DNA from: Lepidodermella squamata
Taxonomy: Eukaryota; Animalia; Gastrotricha
Direction of reading: 5' to 3'
NCBI GenBank assembly: GCA_047495785.1
Contig: JBLDXI010000030.1
Location: 1,116,001-1,180,000, forward strand
DNA length: 64,000 nucleotides
The notes under the pieces were generated by a model, which worked only from the letters and a program-made list of their open reading frames with translations, was not told where the DNA came from and did no database searches. The stretch's first letter is position 1. Each line of letters opens with the position of its first letter. The position numbers and the translations under genes are program-made. Positions 59,371-64,000 of this stretch are shown here, in pieces.

Positions 59371-60057
59371 ATGCCACTCAGCGTCGAAGACTTGGCTAAT
59401 ATTGCCAAGCTCTTGGACACCAAACTAGATTCGAAGCTTTCCGAAACCGAACAGCGTATCAAAGACTACGTCGCCGAATCAATCTCGCCGATAAATCAAA
59501 AAATCGACGAGCTATCTAAAAAGTCAGGCATTTTCTCAAAGGAAATCACCGAGCTGAAAATTCAGGTGAATGCTTTGGAGGAGCAGCAGCTAGGGCACAT
59601 TATCTTAGCTAGAGGCATTAATGAAAGCAGAGGTGAACTACGAGAATCGATTGTCGAGCTACTGCAAACCGAAATTCCCGAATTGACCGCGGCTAAAATC
59701 CGATGCTACCGGCTTGGCGCTAGACCTGATCTTCGGAAGAGATTGCCACCTCGTCTTGTCAAAGTCGAAATTCTTGACCACAATGGAAAAAATATTGCCC
59801 AACAATGCCTCGCTAACTACAAGCCTGTCTACGAAAATCCGACTGCCAACATCATTAGCTTCAAGCCATTTCAAACCAAACTTCGAACGGAACTGAAAAA
59901 GCTGGTGTTCGATAAGATTTCCGAGCTCAAAAAGATCGATGCGAATGTCCAGCATTCCTATGGCATGGATGGCTTTCTGCTGAAAACAACGCTGGGCAGC
60001 TATGTATACTCGTTTGAGGAAAAGAAGATGGTGAAAGTTGAATCAACGGCTCAGTAG
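59371..60057 (+). CDS. LINE ORF1 protein (coiled coil plus RRM-like region)
   Basis: Heptad-rich N-terminus, ILARGINE and YRLG...PRLVKV motifs typical of CR1/L2 ORF1. Lies directly upstream of RT. Confidence 0.75.
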   Translation: MPLSVEDLANIAKLLDTKLDSKLSETEQRIKDYVAESISPINQKIDELSKKSGIFSKEITELKIQVNALEEQQLGHIILARGINESRGELRESIVELLQTEIPELTAAKIRCYRLGARPDLRKRLPPRLVKVEILDHNGKNIAQQCLANYKPVYENPTANIISFKPFQTKLRTELKKLVFDKISELKKIDANVQHSYGMDGFLLKTTLGSYVYSFEEKKMVKVESTAQ

Positions 60058-60127
60058 GGTGCGGCAGGTCTCACTACGGCCCATGTCTACTACTGCAACT
60101 CGCAATCGCTGAAAAATAAATGAATGC

Positions 60128-61330
60128 ATGTATGATTGGACCTATGCCATAGAAAAAAGTGAATGCGTCGATATAATATATATTGATTTCGCTAAGGCGT
60201 TCGACACTGTTAGCCATAAAAAATTACTACTTAAACTCGAAGCCATTGGCATACGTGGTAAATTGCTGTCCTGGATTTGTACTTATTTGAGTGAACGCAA
60301 GCAACAGGTTGTTGTTAACAATAATCGTAGCCGACCTGCTAAAGTTCTGAGTGGTGTGCCTCAAGGCTCGGTCTTAGGACCATTATTATTCTTAATTTAT
60401 ATTAATGACATTGTGCTTAATCTTCCGAGTGGTGTCCGTATTAAATTATTCGCAGATGACTGTAAAATTTATATCGTTTTCTCGCTTGATAGCCTTGTAA
60501 ATATCTTCAACTTAGAAACTGCTCTTGAAAATATATTCTCTTGGATAAACACTTGGCAACTTAAACTTTCCGTTGAAAAATGCGCTGTCTTACATCTCGG
60601 ATCTAAAAATCCTCGTTACAATTATTCTCTAGGTGGAAATATGCTTATTAAATGCACTAATTATAAAGACCTTGGCTTGTTAGTCGATGAGAACCTATCT
60701 TTCAAGTACCATTGTAATACTGTAATTGACAAAGCCTATCACCGAACTAATGTTATTCTGAGAGCCTTTAAAGGCCAAGATCCTATGACGTTAAAATGGG
60801 CTTATTGTGTCTATGTGCGTCCTCTTTTAGAATATGCGATTAGTGTGTGGTCGCCAGCCCAAATTGGTGATCTCCGCTCGATCGAAAATGTCCAGAAATA
60901 TTTTACACGACGTGCCCTAGGCTACTCCGATCTTGATACTAATCGTCCTAATTACGAAGCAAGGCTAAAAATGCTAAACATGCAGTCACTAGAAATCCGA
61001 CGCCTTCAAATAGACCTTTGTTATGTGTTTAAAATAATGAATGGATCAATTAATACCAGCCTGATAAATAATATAATTATGAAGTCTTCTATTACCCGAG
61101 GTCACCCATTTCGTTTCGATGTTGCTCATCCTGATGGTTCTTTTAAATATGCTACTTCTGTTCCCTTTCATAATTTTTTCCTTAATAGAATTGTGAATGT
61201 TTGGAATGACTTACCTCATGACGTTTTTGCAATTGACAAAACGCTTCCTCTTAATGTACAGAATGAGTTATTCAGAAAAAATCTTATGTCTAACGATTTA
61301 ACGCGATTCCTTCAACATAAATTGTACTAG
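60128..61330 (+). pseudogene. LINE reverse transcriptase, C-terminal part (endonuclease and RT N-terminus deleted)
   Basis: YIDFAKAFDTV, SGVPQGSVLGPLLF, LFADD, KDLG, YVRPLLEY..VWSP, FFLNRIVNVWNDLP. Confidence 0.9.
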
Positions 61331-63473
61331 GGCCGAAGTAAGTGGTCTGCTGACCCTTTCTGTCCTCAAACTTGATTTTGAAAATAAAATTATTATTATT
61401 ATTATTATTATTATATTATTAAATTTTTCCGCCTGCTCCTGAAACGTCAAAAAATCGGGTAAATTAACGGATGAAAGAATGTGCCTCGTCACATATTTTG
61501 CTCTCAATTTTCCCGAAATGATAACAGTTATTTCTTCAAATATTTGAATTGCATATTGCGAAAAAATTGAGAAAATTATGGCAAATTTAGAGGCCAGGAA
61601 ATTTTGGACAATTTTAGATTCAACTTCGAAAAATATCCTCCTCAGTTTCCTCTTAGAAGGTTCCGAAATTCCCATCTTTTCCTGTCATCCACTCGAATTT
61701 ATTTCTATTCTAATATTTTGCGAATCAAATGTCAAATTATCGCATTTTTTATCCAATTTATTTCGTGTTTCAGCCTTTCCACGTGCCGAAATCTATCTGC
61801 GAGTCGATTGTCGATGTCGACAAGCTGCAAGTTTCGAGCTAGCTCAGCACATTCAACGCGTCGATGCAATTGCTATAGGTCTGAATCTGTCCCTAAATTA
61901 GACATCCGTTCGTCGCTCATTTGTCAGCGGTCACTGGTGTTTTTCAAACTGCCCACGTCTTTAACGGTGATGGCCCAGGTCAACATGCGGGCCTAGATCT
62001 GGCGACTGGCGAAGATGCGGTATCGCCTGTTCTTCGAAAACAAATATTCGCCACTGAATGAGGTTTTCTACGCGTTATGGATGAAGCATGGATAATATCA
62101 CCATTTTTATGATGAGAACGTCAGACTTCCTTGACCCTTGTCCTATAGAGGCTCTTGACTCAACCGTTGTAAAAGAGCTAAGTTTGCCCATTTTATTTGG
62201 CTCTTAAATTTATATTTCCGTTTGCTGTTTTTCGTTGGAAATTAGTGTCTCTGTGTGTTGTATTTCAAAGGTAGGAAGTAGCGCATAAACACCGGCCTCG
62301 GTTTGTTCATTTTTCTACGTGTCTGCCGTCAAGATTTGCCTGTTTTGTGTGATTACTCTTCATTTAGGATAGAGCGTCTCATCCTTTTGATCTCCAATCA
62401 TCCTTAATAATTTTGAAAGATCCTATTCATGTAATTACTTAGCACTCGAAACTATGGCTGTCACTGTGCGATTATGATATCTGTTTTTGTTCATTTGATG
62501 ACTTCTTACTGCATATACCTGTTCTGAAATTTTAATAACATTATTTTATAAGGATTTTATTTTGATCACGTGTTGTTTGTTTCAGTTTCGTTCGAGGAAT
62601 CGCTTCGACCCATTGGCGTGTTTGAGTTCTTGAATAGCTCGTCTATCGTTATTTCTGCTTACTCATTCCAGTTTGACTAAATCTTATTTGATTTTGTCTT
62701 TAACAGTATTGTCATTTGATGCGATGAGCCGCTGCTGATGAGTTTTCTCGATTAATAAGCGAACTCGAATGATAACTATCGGTTGATTGTTCTCCTTATA
62801 GCCTGATTCCCAATTCGTAAATTATGTTTATTACTTATCACGGTGACTCCTGGCTTCCCGCTACTCAGCGGGACAACTGAGACTATATGTTATTCAAGCA
62901 TTGCACGACCTTTGTAATACAGCAAACTTGAAGTTCCGATGGTCTAGATCTTTTCATTCAGATACTTATCATTTGCCGCGACTTAACTTTGTCTTGTTAG
63001 CATGGCTAATAAATGGCTAATAATAAACAAATAAGACTTCTAATAACTTGTTCGCTATCATTTGTGATGCAATTCAATTACAGATGAGAGAGGAAGGGCC
63101 CACTCGTTTACTTTTTCGTAACAATACCGCGAGTAGCATCGAGATGGTCATATTGAGGCGTGCTGAACTCGGGACTTGGGTGGCTGTTAATTCAACTTGA
63201 GGGTTACAATACTATATGCATCTAGCATCTAGCACAGATAACTTGGCCGATAACGCTCAGGAAATTTACTCGAGCTTTAACCCACTTCAAATTAGTCACC
63301 TCACGCCTCAGCATGAGCAAACGCGAGGCAACGCGAGACTACAACAGCTGATAAACAATTCCAATCGCCATAGAAACTCTAAATTTAATTATTTTCTTTC
63401 TGAAATTAATAATAACTTTCATTAACTAATTTATTTACAACAAATAATTAAGAAATAATTGATTTTGCCGCAG

Positions 63474-63878
63474 AATCCCGTTCCGCTTGGTTGAAAACGG
63501 CCACGCAAAGTTGGCGTCACTATGAAGTTTAAATCTCTCACGGCAGGAGATGCAGTGCATGGCTCGAAGGTTCGACAAGACTGGAGGAAGCGTGAATTCT
63601 TTCTTGTGAAGCAAGCACTGGGCTCATTCGCGCTGTTTGCTGCGTTCAACACTCCGATAATGTTTAGTTTTCTTGCGGTTGCTCTCTATGACAGTGTGGG
63701 CCCTCTGTTGTTGACCCCATGGCTGTGCAGATTCGCGGTGCTCGCGCTCATGTTTCAGATATCAGTTACTCCACTCATTCTCAGCTTGAAACCGAACGCC
63801 ATTTCAGTGGTGCATGAGCGTATTCGAAAAATATTCATCTGCAAGAAAGCATCTTCGATAAGCGCTATTGGCAGCTGA
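63474..63878 (+). CDS. GPCR TM6-TM7 and C-tail exon, probably the last exon of the 44636 gene (frame problem at its 5' end)
   Basis: RKREFFLVK...FAAFNTP (TM6 Pro), TM7 ending VTPLIL, helix-8-like RIRKIFIC. CAG acceptor at 63471-63473. Confidence 0.6.
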
Positions 63879-64000
63879 AATGCTTATTTCCAAGAATAAA
63901 AACCTGCGAAATGACATTGTACCTGAGAAAATGTTACATACGTAATATCCACTTTTCCGACGTAATCGGATCGTCATTTTGATTTGGTCATTTTCACCTC

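Larger units (their letters stand above)
59270..61420 (+). mobile_element. CR1/L2-type non-LTR retrotransposon with an internal deletion (5' boundary approximate)
   Basis: ORF1, a truncated ORF2, then AATAAA and an (ATT)n tail at about 61383-61420. Confidence 0.85.

Overview
Invertebrate animal (metazoan) genomic DNA: AT-rich intergenic sequence, 50-100 bp GT-AG introns and many eukaryotic transposons. It is not prokaryotic. (1) 1-5419 is the right part of a piggyBac element, ending at ...AAAGGG|TTAA. It holds an apparently intact spliced transposase plus three cargo genes arranged around a CpG/E2F-like divergent promoter. The cargo genes are a GEX1/KAR5/Brambleberry-like nuclear-membrane-fusion protein lacking the long coiled coil, a single-pass membrane protein with an AT-hook-like tail, and a possible BEN-domain protein. 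(2) 6070-43611 is a tandem array of 15 paralogous, intronless, atypical Cys-loop ligand-gated ion channel (pLGIC) subunit genes: 9 intact and 6 disrupted. They have near-invariant pore helices, variable ligand-binding loops, no canonical acetylcholine aromatic box and an extra Cys-rich module, which suggests a chemosensory ionotropic receptor expansion. Three copies are split by precisely mappable insertions: nested Helentrons, a second Helentron-type element, and a TA-flanked CCCAG element. (3) 44636-63878 holds a rhodopsin-class orphan GPCR whose TM6-7 exon appears to lie about 18 kb downstream. The intervening region is filled with MITEs and an internally deleted CR1/L2-type LINE. Family assignments come from motifs recognised by eye; no database search was run.
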